DNA of 64,000 nucleotides from an uncultured Opitutia bacterium (GCA_903902745.1 CAIUWA010000016.1:208024-272023), one strand, 5' to 3'. Positions 41,919 through 51,459 are shown, counted from the first letter of the stretch. Notes: generated by a model from the sequence alone, not told the origin. A program made the numbers and translations.

Positions 41919-43316
41919 TCAGTTCGCCTTGGGGCCGCCCGCTCGCATGCGCCCCATGCCGGCCAGCCCTTCCTTCATGGCCGGCAGATTGTAGAATTGG
42001 CCGAAGGCCTGGGCGCCCAAGATAGCCTCGCGCAGGTTGGGGGCCGGCTTGGTGTCGCGCAGGGCACTCATGATGATCGAGCCAACGACCGCGGGCTTGA
42101 GCTCCGCCCACTCGGCGGGCTTCACCCGGCCATTTTCGATAAAGACAAATTTCTTGTAGGGATCCATGAACACCCGGGTGTCCTTGGTGGCGTCACCGGA
42201 CAGGTCATGAACCAGCAGCGGCCGCTGCCGGCCATAATGCGAAAGAGAATACTCAAGCCACTCGCGCAGCTTCAGCATCTGTTCCGCGGACCGCAGCATC
42301 ATCTGGCCGCCGCCCCGTCCCACCGAGGCTTCGCCCTTTTCGTTGCCGAGGGCCCGGATGAAACCTTCGAAATCGTACTTGTCCAGGTATTGGGTGCGCA
42401 TCAGCTGCATCTGTTCCCGGCGCCGGGCGAATTCGCGCTGAAACTCGTCATCCGTCATCCCCGGGGAGGCTTCGCCTGCAGGTCGGTTCGCGGCGGGCGG
42501 AACTGCGGTGGATGGGGCTGGAGAGGGGACGGTGGTGGGAGCCATGGGTGTGGCGGCCGCCACCACGGGAGCCTCCGGCTTCGCCCCGCGATTAACCAAC
42601 AGGAAGAGGGCGAAGAGAAGAACCAACGCGGCGGCCAGGCTGGATGCGATAACCAGGCGGCGGCGCATGGAGCTGGGAGCCGGTGCCGCCACGGACGTTG
42701 TGGCTGGCATGGGCGGCCTTGAGCCGCTGGCACTCATGGCCGCCTCCAGCAGGATGCGATAGACGGGCATGGCCGAGGAAATGTTTTTCAGTTCGCGCGC
42801 GCCGAGGCTTACCACCTGCATCTCGACCTTGTTTTTCACCACGTCATAGACGGTCTGGGAGATGCAGATGCCACCGGGCTCTGCCTCGGCCTGGAGGCGG
42901 GAGGCAATGTTGACGCCATCACCCATCACATCCTGATTCTGCACCAGAATGTCGCCCAGGTGGATGCCGATGCGATGCTGCAGTCCTCCGCTGCCGGGGG
43001 ATTCCTTCGCTTCGGCGGCGAACTGCCTTTGCATGGCCAGCGCACATGCCACGGCCTGGACCGCGCTGGAAAAAGTGAGGAGCAGGCCGTCACCGGTCGT
43101 TTTCAAAACCGAACCCTCATGCTCGGCGCAAAGGGACCGCATCTCCGCGAAGTCGCGGTCAAGAAGCTTCAGCGTGCCCACTTCGTCGCGATGCATGCGC
43201 GCGCTGAAACCGACGACATCCGTGAACACAATGGCCGCCAGGGTACGCTGGCTCGTGGAGGAGGGGACGGAACCGGGGGGCGGCGGGGGACGGTCCATGG
43301 AAAGTTTTGCGAGCAA
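41919..43316 (-). CDS. class III adenylate/guanylate cyclase with central TM and C-terminal extracytoplasmic domain
   Basis: FTDVVGFS, KTTGDGLL and GDGVNIASRL motifs lie in the first 190 aa. These are followed by the TM LVIASSLAAALVLLFALFLLV, a Pro/Ala-rich linker and an unassigned domain of about 190 aa. Confidence 0.85.
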   Translation of the reverse strand: MLAKLSMDRPPPPPGSVPSSTSQRTLAAIVFTDVVGFSARMHRDEVGTLKLLDRDFAEMRSLCAEHEGSVLKTTGDGLLLTFSSAVQAVACALAMQRQFAAEAKESPGSGGLQHRIGIHLGDILVQNQDVMGDGVNIASRLQAEAEPGGICISQTVYDVVKNKVEMQVVSLGARELKNISSAMPVYRILLEAAMSASGSRPPMPATTSVAAPAPSSMRRRLVIASSLAAALVLLFALFLLVNRGAKPEAPVVAAATPMAPTTVPSPAPSTAVPPAANRPAGEASPGMTDDEFQREFARRREQMQLMRTQYLDKYDFEGFIRALGNEKGEASVGRGGGQMMLRSAEQMLKLREWLEYSLSHYGRQRPLLVHDLSGDATKDTRVFMDPYKKFVFIENGRVKPAEWAELKPAVVGSIIMSALRDTKPAPNLREAILGAQAFGQFYNLPAMKEGLAGMGRMRAGGPKAN

Positions 43317-43384
43317 GAATAGAACCGGGGTTCAACGCAACGCCATTGCGGGTTGTCGGGCCCTGATCGAGTGGCTCGGCCCGA

Positions 43385-43855
43385 TTATATTGGTCCGAGC
43401 AATTCGGGCCCGATCAGCCAGCGCACTTGCCAGGCGCCCTCATCGCATTCCAAGGCAAGGCCGGCAGCCTTTTTTAGGGCAAAGATCGGGGGTTCAGCCG
43501 AACCCCGCACGAGCAACGTGGCCAGCGCGCTGAGCTGGGGTTCGTGACCGATAATGACGAGGCCATCCGCTGCGCGGGTCACCCTCCCTGCGATGATGCG
43601 TGGATCGTCCTCGGGCTCGAGCCCGGGCACCTCAAGCAGCGGGCCGGCAAATCCCAGGCCAGTGGCAAGCAACGTGGCCGTTTCGCGCGACCGGACGAGC
43701 GGACTGTGCCAGCAGGCCGCCGGGCGGAGCCGGCCGTTGGCGCGGAAGAAAGCAACAAGCTGCGCGACTTGGGCTCGTCCGCGGTCACTCAGCGGCCGCA
43801 GGGGATTTTCCTCGGCATCGACCGCATGGGCGTGGCGGATGAGATGGAGCGTCAT
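43385..43855 (-). CDS. sixA: phosphohistidine phosphatase SixA-like
   Basis: LIRHAHA (RHG-type) motif, SPLVRSRETA and IIGHEPQLS motifs; 156 aa. Confidence 0.8.
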   Translation of the reverse strand: MTLHLIRHAHAVDAEENPLRPLSDRGRAQVAQLVAFFRANGRLRPAACWHSPLVRSRETATLLATGLGFAGPLLEVPGLEPEDDPRIIAGRVTRAADGLVIIGHEPQLSALATLLVRGSAEPPIFALKKAAGLALECDEGAWQVRWLIGPELLGPI

Positions 43856-43872
43856 GAGGGCGGAGAGCAGAG

Positions 43873-43998
43873 CAGGGGACAGGCGACGGGATGACAGGCG
43901 ACAGGATGATTAAAACTGGGAGCTGAAATCCAAGGGCTTACTAGCAAAGGCTATTTGTTTTTGTCCCCCGTCATCCTGCACCCGTCCCCTGTCCCCTG
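43873..43998. repeat. GGGGACAGG-word palindromic element
   Basis: Left arm is CAGGGGACAGGCGACGGGATGACAGGCGACAGGATGA (43873-43909). Right arm is GTCCCCCGTCATCCTGCACCCGTCCCCTGTCCCCTG (43963-43998). The core is AT-rich and contains CTGAAATCC. Confidence 0.75.
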
Positions 43999-44015
43999 AA
44001 ACGCGCACCGCGCGT

Positions 44016-45569
44016 TTACGCGTCGAGCAGTTTGCGCGCGGCCTTGAGCAGTTCGCTCAGCGCAAAGGGCTTGGGCAGGCTGATATGGTGCTGGGGCGCG
44101 AGCCAGCTGAGCGGGGGGCTGTCGGTCATGCCGGTGTTCAGGACGCGCAGTCCCGGGCGGGCCACATGCATGGCGCGGGCGAGCTTCTCGCTTTCGCCGC
44201 CGAGCAGGTTGAACGGGGCGATGAGCAGTTGCACCGGCTGGCCTTCGCGATGCGCCTCCTTGAGCGCCTGGCCGGGGTGCCGCGCGGTAAGCACGCGATA
44301 ACCGTCGGCGGTGAGAATGCCGGCGACCATCTTGCTGACGACATCATCCTCCTCGACGAGCAGCACGGTTTCGTGCCCGCGGGTGGCGGGGAGCGCGGGC
44401 AGGCTGGGCGTGGACGCCGGCTCGGCGGCCTCGCGCACGAGGGGCAGGAGAATCTCGAAGGTCGATCCGACATGCAGGGTGCTGTTCACGCTGATGTAAC
44501 CGCCGCTTTGCTGCACGACACCGTAGACCAGCGCCAACCCGAGACCGGTGCCCTTGCCCTCGTCCTTCGTGGTGAAAAACGGCTCAAAGAGATGGGCCTG
44601 CGTATCGGCATCCATGCCGGTGCCGTTGTCACTCACGGCCAGCACGACGTAGCGGCCGGGCGGCGTGTCGGTGAGCCGCCGGTTGAGGCCTGGGGGAATT
44701 TCCCGGTTGGAAGTGCGGATGACCACGCGGCCGTTCTCCCGCAAGGCATCGCGAGCATTGATAACGAGATTGAGCAACACCTGCTGGAATTGCGCGGGGT
44801 CGGCTCGGACGTTGCCGAGGTCGGGCTCGAGTTCGGGCGCAAGACGCCCGGAATTGCCCAGGAGGCGCTGCAGGATCTCGTGGTTGTCGCGCACGATATG
44901 GTTGAGGTTGATCACCCGCGGGTTCATCGGCTGGCGGCGGCCAAACGCGAGGAGCTGGCGGGTGAGCGCCGCGGCCTTCTGGCCGGCCTTGTGGATTTCC
45001 TCGACCTCGCGGAGCACCTGCGGCTGGTCGACGATCTGGCCCGCGAGAATCTGGCAATAGCCGTTGATGACCGAGATGAGGTTGTTAAAATCATGGGCGA
45101 CACCACCGGCAAGCCGGCCCACGGCATCGAGGCGCTGCGAATGCACCAGCGCCTCCTGCAGCCGCCGTTTTTCGGTGGTGTCGCGATACGTCGCGATGAT
45201 GTGGGTCACCCGGCCGTGCCGGTCCCGCAGCAGGTCAAAATTCCAGGCGGCGTAAAGGGAGCTCCCGTCGGGACGCTCCACATAGCCCTCGCCGGCGAGC
45301 GACTGGCCCGGCTGGGCCGTTGGCAGCCACCGCCGCAGCCGATCGATGTCGGCCTTCTCGACATGCAGGGAGCCATGATGGCGGCCGATCAGGCGCGACG
45401 CGCTGTAGCCGGTCATGGCGCAGAAGCTGGCGTTGACGAAAAGGATCTTCAGGCCGCGCGGCCCAAGCTTTGCCTCGGTGATGAACACCCCGTCGCTCTG
45501 GGCCTGCAGCGCGGCGGCGAGCAGGGCGGCGGGGGCCGCCGCGCGGCGGACTGGACGTTTTTTTTTCAC
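44016..45569 (-). CDS. hybrid sensor histidine kinase (PAS-HisKA-HATPase-receiver)
   Basis: PAS region, H box GGVAHDFNN, DNGTGMD, GTGLGLA, and a C-terminal receiver domain (VLLVEEDD...). Confidence 0.9.
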   Translation of the reverse strand: MKKKRPVRRAAAPAALLAAALQAQSDGVFITEAKLGPRGLKILFVNASFCAMTGYSASRLIGRHHGSLHVEKADIDRLRRWLPTAQPGQSLAGEGYVERPDGSSLYAAWNFDLLRDRHGRVTHIIATYRDTTEKRRLQEALVHSQRLDAVGRLAGGVAHDFNNLISVINGYCQILAGQIVDQPQVLREVEEIHKAGQKAAALTRQLLAFGRRQPMNPRVINLNHIVRDNHEILQRLLGNSGRLAPELEPDLGNVRADPAQFQQVLLNLVINARDALRENGRVVIRTSNREIPPGLNRRLTDTPPGRYVVLAVSDNGTGMDADTQAHLFEPFFTTKDEGKGTGLGLALVYGVVQQSGGYISVNSTLHVGSTFEILLPLVREAAEPASTPSLPALPATRGHETVLLVEEDDVVSKMVAGILTADGYRVLTARHPGQALKEAHREGQPVQLLIAPFNLLGGESEKLARAMHVARPGLRVLNTGMTDSPPLSWLAPQHHISLPKPFALSELLKAARKLLDA

Positions 45570-45584
45570 GCGGGGCGCGGCAAG

Positions 45585-46220
45585 CTAGGGAGCGAGGCGC
45601 TCGACGATCCAGCCGTCCTTCTCCCGGCGGTAGCGCAGGCGGTCATGCAGCCGGCTGCGGCGGCCTTGCCAGAATTCCACGGTCTCGGGTGACAGTCGGA
45701 AGCCGCCCCAATGCGGCGGCAATGGCACCTCCCGGCCGGCGTATTTTTTCTCAAGCGCCTTCATGTTGTCCTCGAGCATTTCCCGGCCCGCAATGATGGT
45801 GCTTTGCGGCGCGGCCCATGCCGCCAGCTGGCTCAGGCGCGGCCGCGAGTGGAAATACGCCTCGCTTTCCTCGCGCGCCACCCGGGTGACGGGCCCTTCC
45901 ACGATCACCTGCCGCTCCAGGGGGATCCAGGGAAAGACGAGCGCGGCGCGGGCGTTGGCTTCGAGATCGCGGCCTTTGCGGCTTTCGTAGTTGGTGTAGA
46001 AGACAAAACCGCGGCCATCCACGCCCTTGAGCAGGACCGTGCGGGCCCCGGGGCGGCCGTCTCGCGCCGCGGTGGCGAGGGTCATGGCGTTGGGCTCGGG
46101 CAGCTTCGCGGCCTCGGCCTCCTGAAACCATTTCTCAAACTGGCGGAAGGGATCCCGCGCCAGGTCTTTTTCGACCAGGCCGGCGAGACTGTAGTCCTTG
46201 CGGAGATCGGCCAGAGACAT
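45585..46220 (-). CDS. pdxH: pyridoxamine 5'-phosphate oxidase
   Basis: 211 aa from ATG 46220 with [32 protein letters not shown] motifs. Confidence 0.93.
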   Translation of the reverse strand: MSLADLRKDYSLAGLVEKDLARDPFRQFEKWFQEAEAAKLPEPNAMTLATAARDGRPGARTVLLKGVDGRGFVFYTNYESRKGRDLEANARAALVFPWIPLERQVIVEGPVTRVAREESEAYFHSRPRLSQLAAWAAPQSTIIAGREMLEDNMKALEKKYAGREVPLPPHWGGFRLSPETVEFWQGRRSRLHDRLRYRREKDGWIVERLAP

Positions 46221-46299
46221 GATTCGGCAGCGTGTACCGGTGGAGGAGGGGCGCAAATTTATTCCCCGCCCGGGCAGTGCGCCGAAGCCAGGCCCGGCT

Positions 46300-46803
46300 T
46301 TAACGGGTGAAGGACGCAATGATGGCCGCCTGGGACGGGAAGGCCCGGGCGAGTTCCTTGCGCCCACCGAGGGTGAATTCCTTTTCTTCCCAAGCCGGCG
46401 CCATGGTGCAGGACAGCAGCGCCCAGCCCCGGGTGGACGCCGCCGAATCCCCCTCGATCTCAGCCAGTCTGGCGCCCTGCCAGATTCCCCCGGGGACCAC
46501 CAGTTGCAGCGTGCCGGCCGGTGCCTCGGGACCGAGGTGGACGATTTTGGCTGACCCATCGCGCGGATCGAGCTGCAGATGCTTGACGGGATCTCCGGAG
46601 CAATGGTGCCAGATCTCGTCCGTCTCCAGGCGGTGCAGTGCGGAAAAATTTTCCGTCGTGATCAAAAAAAGAATGGCCGAGCCAGCGGCCCGGCCATCAG
46701 CCAGTCGCTCCTTGCTCACCCAAGTCTGCCGGAAGAAACCGCCCTCGTGCGGCAGCGGCAACAGCCCGAGCTCGGCGATGATCTTTTCGGCCTCGGCATT
46801 CAT
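46300..46803 (-). CDS. cupin-fold protein (DUF985-like)
   Basis: From ATG 46803: [27 protein letters not shown] and [12 protein letters not shown]. Confidence 0.8.
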   Translation of the reverse strand: MNAEAEKIIAELGLLPLPHEGGFFRQTWVSKERLADGRAAGSAILFLITTENFSALHRLETDEIWHHCSGDPVKHLQLDPRDGSAKIVHLGPEAPAGTLQLVVPGGIWQGARLAEIEGDSAASTRGWALLSCTMAPAWEEKEFTLGGRKELARAFPSQAAIIASFTR

Positions 46804-46815
46804 GCGCCCAAGCCA

Positions 46816-47042
46816 ATCACGGAAACACGGAGGGGCGGAAGCTCTGAAATGGCGGATGAAACTCTTTTGAATTTCGAGGGAGGAACGCATTGACCTCAAT
46901 GCGTTGCCTGCCCTGAGCCCGTCGAAGGGGTTTCGCGCCGTCGGCGCTTGTTCGTAGATAACGAATTTAGCGCGTTGGGGTCAACACGCTCCACCCTGGG
47001 CCGTGCCGCTTCCGCGCTTCCGTTCCTCCGCGTTTCCGCGAT
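46816..47042. repeat. 227-bp element with 27-nt terminal inverted repeats of CGGAAAC/CGGAGG words (copy H)
   Basis: ATCACGGAAACACGGAGGGGCGGAAGC (46816-46842) matches the reverse complement of the right end, ATCGCGGAAACGCGGAGGAACGGAAGC (47042-47016), at 23/27. The interior holds several small hairpins, for example AACGCATTG-acct-CAATGCGTT. Confidence 0.8.
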
Positions 47043-47052
47043 CCTGCCGGGG

Positions 47053-47817
47053 ATGGATCTGGCGCCTTGGGCTTACCCGCTGCTTTTCCTGACCGGCTTT
47101 GCCGCCGGGTTGGTTGACGCCATTGCGGGTGGGGGTGGAGTGATTGCGCTGCCGGTTCTGCTCAATCTCGGCCTGCCGGTGCCCGTGGCGCTCGGCACGA
47201 ACAAGCTTCAAGCTTCCTTCGGCAGTTTCACCGCCGCATGGCACTATGCCCGGCGCGGGCTGGTCGACCTGCGCGCCTGCCGCCCGGGAATCATCGCGAC
47301 GCTCGCGGGCGCCCTGATGGGTGCGTGGGTGGTAAGGTCGATCGATGCGCAGATTTTGGGAAAGCTCATTCCCTGGCTGCTGGCCGCCATCGTGGTCTAC
47401 ATGATTTTCCGTCCCCAGGTCGGCGATGCCGATCATCCGCCGCGCCTGGGGGCGGGGAGCTTCGCGCTGCTGTTTGGCCTCGGCCTGGGATTTTACGACG
47501 GCTTTTTCGGGCCGGGCGTTGGCTCGTTCTGGACGATCGCCTACGTACTCGTGCTCGGCTTTAATTTTTCCAAGGCCACGGGCTACACCAAGGTGATGAA
47601 CTGCACGAGCAACCTCGCGGCGCTCGCGCTCTTTGCCGCAGCCGGCCGGATCCACCTCGCCGCCGGGCTGGTGATGGCCGTGGGGCAGGTGACGGGATCC
47701 CAATTGGGCGCCGGCCTGGTGGTCAAGCGGGGCGCCCGCTTTGTCCGGCCGGTTTTTCTGACGATGGCCATCCTGACCATTGCGCGGCTGCTCTGGGTTA
47801 ATTTCGCGGGAAAATAG
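47053..47817 (+). CDS. TauE/SafE-family sulfite/anion exporter
   Basis: Polytopic protein with GGGGVIALPVL and GPGVGSFW motifs. Start at ATG 47053. Confidence 0.88.
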   Translation: MDLAPWAYPLLFLTGFAAGLVDAIAGGGGVIALPVLLNLGLPVPVALGTNKLQASFGSFTAAWHYARRGLVDLRACRPGIIATLAGALMGAWVVRSIDAQILGKLIPWLLAAIVVYMIFRPQVGDADHPPRLGAGSFALLFGLGLGFYDGFFGPGVGSFWTIAYVLVLGFNFSKATGYTKVMNCTSNLAALALFAAAGRIHLAAGLVMAVGQVTGSQLGAGLVVKRGARFVRPVFLTMAILTIARLLWVNFAGK

Positions 47818-48007
47818 GGCGGCAAAAATTATTTCAGCTGCGAAGCGGCCTTGGCCTGCCGGAGAATTGCCCGGGGCTTATCGCTTGTTAAAAAACACCA
47901 ACTATCAGGAGCTTACGGAATAAATACGGAGAAAAACCGGGTCGGGAGGCTTTAGGCTTGGGCCGGGTGGAGGCGGTCACTTACAGTCAGCGGTTCATTA
48001 TTTCCTC

Positions 48008-49249
48008 ATGTCGCCCACCGCCTACATCGATCGCCATACCCCTGATCTTCTCCGCCGGCTGCGGTGGCTGGTTGGTTGCGCGACGGTCAATCCGCCCGGA
48101 GAGCATTACGATGTTATCACGCGCTGGCTCACCCGTGAGCTGACGTCCCTGGGCCTGCAGGCGAAACGCTACGACATTCCGGATGCGTGGATGAAAAAAT
48201 ATCTGCCGCCGGACCAGCAGGGGTTTCCCCGGTTCAACGTGCTCGCCAAGCTCCCTGTGCGCGGGGCGCGGAAGACGATCCATTTCAACGCCCACTATGA
48301 TGTCGTGCCGGTCTCCGGCCAATGGCGGCACGGCAGCCCGTTCAGCGGCAAGGTTGACGGCGGCTGGATCTACGGCCGCGGCACGGCCGACATGAAAGGC
48401 TCCATCGCGAGCCTGCTGCTCGCGCTCCAGGCCTTGCGGGCGACGGGCACGGCGCCGCGGTTCAACGTTGAGGTGTCGTTCACCGCCGACGAGGAAACGG
48501 ATTCGGCCCTCGGCACGGGCTGGCTGGTCCGGCAGGCGCCGATTTCCCCCGATTACGCCGTGGTGATGGAGGGAGGCGAGGGCCCGGCCGTCTGTTGCGG
48601 CCACAACGGAGTGATCTGGCTCGAGGTCACGGTGCACGGCCGCGCCGCGCACGGCTCGACCCCGGAGGCGGGCATCAACGCGCTGGAGAAAATGTCCGCC
48701 CTCGTGCTGGAGCTGGAAGGCTACAAACGCCAGCTCGCCCGCCGGGCTTTTGTGACTCCCGGGGGTGCGACCATGCACCCGACCATCAATGTCGGCGGAG
48801 TCTTCAGCGCGGGCCCCGGCGGCAAGATCAACACCGTGCCGGCGCTGGCCACCTTCTCGATCGACCGCCGGGTGCTGGCGGTGGAAAAACACGCCGCCGC
48901 CGAGCGCGAGTTGCGCGCGGCCCTCGCCGCGGCGGCGCGGCGGATTCCGCACTGCCGGATCAGCGTGAGGAAAACCTCCGAGAACTTCGCCTGCTTTGCT
49001 AAACCCACGCATCCGTTCTTCGCCGCGATGGCGGCCAGCGTGACCCGCGTGCGGCGGAAAAAAGCGGTCTTCAACGTCTCGACGGGGTTTAACGACATGC
49101 ATTTTTTCTCGCACCACCGGAAAATCCCGACGCTGGGCTACGGCCCGGGCGGCGAGGACTATCACGCGGTGGACGAGCGAGCCCGGATCAAGGACCTGCT
49201 CGACTCGGCCAAGATCTACGCCGACCTGCTGACGACGTTCGGCGGATAG
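48008..49249 (+). CDS. M20-family metallopeptidase (ArgE/DapE-like deacylase)
   Basis: Metal-site pattern: HFNAHYDVVP, GRGTADMKG, ADEETDS and GGED. Confidence 0.88.
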   Translation: MSPTAYIDRHTPDLLRRLRWLVGCATVNPPGEHYDVITRWLTRELTSLGLQAKRYDIPDAWMKKYLPPDQQGFPRFNVLAKLPVRGARKTIHFNAHYDVVPVSGQWRHGSPFSGKVDGGWIYGRGTADMKGSIASLLLALQALRATGTAPRFNVEVSFTADEETDSALGTGWLVRQAPISPDYAVVMEGGEGPAVCCGHNGVIWLEVTVHGRAAHGSTPEAGINALEKMSALVLELEGYKRQLARRAFVTPGGATMHPTINVGGVFSAGPGGKINTVPALATFSIDRRVLAVEKHAAAERELRAALAAAARRIPHCRISVRKTSENFACFAKPTHPFFAAMAASVTRVRRKKAVFNVSTGFNDMHFFSHHRKIPTLGYGPGGEDYHAVDERARIKDLLDSAKIYADLLTTFGG

Positions 49250-49253
49250 GCCC

Positions 49254-49835
49254 TCACCCCATGATCCCGCGCCGGATCATGTTCACAGCGATGGCGGCGA
49301 GCAGGAGGGCGATGATTTTCGAGACGGCGTGCAGGCCGGCCAAACCGACCAGCCGGCCCAGCTTCTCGCTCCACGCGAAGGCCAGCACCACGAGAACGAG
49401 GTTAACGGCAAGCGCGGCGAGCGCCATGGACACGCCGAGCGTCTGGGTGATCAGCAGCAGGGTCGTGATCGAGGCTGGCCCGGCAATCAGGGGAAGACCC
49501 AGCGGCACTACGCCGAAATCTTCGGGAAGTGGTGCGGCCGACTGGACGGGAGACTGGATCAGTTCACGTGCGGCCAGGATGAAGAGAATGAGTCCGCCGG
49601 CGATTTGGAAATCATGCACGGTGATGCCGAGCGCGGTGAAAATACTTTGGCCGAGAAACAAAAACAGCAGGGCCACGGCGCCTGCCGTCCAGACCGCCTG
49701 ATGGGCGATACGTCGGCGCGCTGCAGGCGGAACGCCTTGGCCCAGTCCCAGGAAAATCGCCGCCAGCCCGATTGGGTCCATGGCGACAAAGAGCGGGATG
49801 AAGGCCCGCAGGAATTTTTCGATGAGGTCGCCCAC
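49254..49835 (-). CDS. MarC-family membrane protein
   Basis: 193 aa from GTG 49835 (FIPLFVAMDPIGLAAIFL). Longer starts would overlap the divergent gene. Confidence 0.78.
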   Translation of the reverse strand: MGDLIEKFLRAFIPLFVAMDPIGLAAIFLGLGQGVPPAARRRIAHQAVWTAGAVALLFLFLGQSIFTALGITVHDFQIAGGLILFILAARELIQSPVQSAAPLPEDFGVVPLGLPLIAGPASITTLLLITQTLGVSMALAALAVNLVLVVLAFAWSEKLGRLVGLAGLHAVSKIIALLLAAIAVNMIRRGIMG

Positions 49836-49938
49836 GGTTGGAAGCCTGCCCGGGCGGCCGGCAAAGGCAACGGCCACACGGCGGCTGTTTCGCCCTTGTT
49901 TCACCGCGACGAAGGCGGCAACGTGCGCGGGAATCGCC

Positions 49939-51351
49939 ATGAAGATCAATGCCGCCCTGACCCCGGCCAAGCTGCAAAGGAAAGTCGCCCGCGTGTTCGA
50001 TCTCGCGGGCCGAAAGATCCGCGCCCTCGATGCCGCGTGGGATCCCACGAAGGGTACGCCGGTGTTCACGGTGAAAGGGCGCTATACTTCGCGCGGGTGG
50101 ACGGAGTGGACGCAGGGATTCCAGTTCGGCATGGCGTTCCTGCACTTTGACGCGACCGGTGACACCGGGATGCTCCGGCTCGGCCGCGAGAAGACGGTAA
50201 AGTTCATGGCCTCGCACGTCTCGCACACCGGCGTGCATGACCACGGCTTCAACAACGTCTCCACCTACGGCAATCTCCGCCGGCTGATGCTGGAGGGAAA
50301 AATTCCCTTCAATCCGGACGAGCTCAACTTCACCGAAATTGCGCTCAAGGCCTCCGGCGCCGTGCAGGCCGCGCGTTACGCGCCGACGGCGTACCGGCAA
50401 CCTTGGTCGCCCGTGGCGGGTGCGCCGGGCGTCACGCCCAGCGGCTATGTTTACTCGTTCAACGGCCCGCAGTCACTGTTCGCCGACACGATCCGCTCCA
50501 TGCGCTCGCTCGTGGTGGCGCACCAGCTCGGCCACGTGCTGATGGGCGAGGGGGACAAGCCGGTGAACCTCCTCCACCGGGCGGTTGAGCACGCGGCCAC
50601 CACCGCCCGCTTCAACGTCTTCTTCGGCCAGGGCCGCGACAGCTACGATGTGCGCGGCCGCGTCGCCCACGAGTCGATCTTCAACCGCAACGACGGCCAG
50701 TTCCGCTGCCCGTCGTCGCAGCAGGGTTATTCGCCGTTCACCACCTGGACGCGCGGCGCGGCGTGGATCATCTGCGGCTACGCGGAACAGCTCGAGTTTC
50801 TCGACACGGTCAAGGGATCCGCCCTCGACGCCGTCGGCGGGCGCCGCGCCGTGACCGATCTCCTGCTGGAGACGGCCCGCGCCACGAGCGATTATTACAT
50901 CGACGGTTATTCGGCGAAGGACGGCGTGCCGTATTGGGATTCGATGGCGCTCAACAGCCACAAGCTCGGCGACTATTCGAAGAAGAACGCCGATCCGTTC
51001 AACCCGCATGAGCCCGTGGACAGTTCCGCCGCGGCGATTGCGGCGCAGGGCTTCATCCGCCTCGGCCTCTGGCTCGACGGCAAGGGCCAGAAGGCCGCCG
51101 GCAAAAAATATTTCCAGGCCGGCCTCACCATCGCCGACACGCTGTTCGCGGAGCCCTATTTGTCGACCGACCCGAAGCACCAGGGGCTGCTGCTGCACAG
51201 CGTTTATCACCGCCCCAACGGCTGGGATTACGTGCCGAAGGGGCGCAAGGTTCCGTGTGGCGAATCCTCGATGTGGGGCGATTACCACGCGCTGGAACTC
51301 GCGCTGTTGCTCCAGCGCCTGGCGCAGGGAAATTACTACACGTTTTTCTGA
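49939..51351 (+). CDS. glycoside hydrolase family 88-like protein (unsaturated glucuronyl hydrolase-like)
   Basis: The pattern WTEWTQGFQFGMAFLHFDATGD ... HDHGFN ... SMWGDYHALELALLL matches (alpha/alpha)6 GH88/GH105 signatures as I recall them. Confidence 0.65.
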   Translation: MKINAALTPAKLQRKVARVFDLAGRKIRALDAAWDPTKGTPVFTVKGRYTSRGWTEWTQGFQFGMAFLHFDATGDTGMLRLGREKTVKFMASHVSHTGVHDHGFNNVSTYGNLRRLMLEGKIPFNPDELNFTEIALKASGAVQAARYAPTAYRQPWSPVAGAPGVTPSGYVYSFNGPQSLFADTIRSMRSLVVAHQLGHVLMGEGDKPVNLLHRAVEHAATTARFNVFFGQGRDSYDVRGRVAHESIFNRNDGQFRCPSSQQGYSPFTTWTRGAAWIICGYAEQLEFLDTVKGSALDAVGGRRAVTDLLLETARATSDYYIDGYSAKDGVPYWDSMALNSHKLGDYSKKNADPFNPHEPVDSSAAAIAAQGFIRLGLWLDGKGQKAAGKKYFQAGLTIADTLFAEPYLSTDPKHQGLLLHSVYHRPNGWDYVPKGRKVPCGESSMWGDYHALELALLLQRLAQGNYYTFF

Positions 51352-51396
51352 GATGTCTTTCTTGGGTAGGGCGAGGCGTCCCGCCGAGACGCGGAT

Positions 51397-51459
51397 CACT
51401 CGCTCGTAGTCCCGGCTTTAGCCGGAATTCCGCCTTAAGGAGGGACTACGAACGCGAGA
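51397..51459. repeat. REP-like nested hairpin in a convergent gap
   Basis: CGTAGTCCC (51405-51413) pairs with GGGACTACG (51442-51450), with extension CTCGC/GCGAG. The inner hairpin is CCGGCT-tt-AGCCGG. The element overlaps the stop of the 51446-52366 gene. Confidence 0.65.

Noticed and set aside
44085-45692. 535-aa plus-strand ORF
   Set aside because: It is antisense to the hybrid histidine kinase, which carries clear H, N and G boxes.
47818-48007. 190-nt gap checked for a tRNA or small RNA gene
   Set aside because: No cloverleaf-compatible arms and no conserved T-loop (GTTCGAATC-like) are present. It contains AT-rich sequence with degenerate ACGGAG words and is probably a promoter or decayed repeat. 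No other gap in the window looked tRNA-like either.
47987-49165. 392-aa minus-strand ORF
   Set aside because: It is antisense to the M20 peptidase gene.
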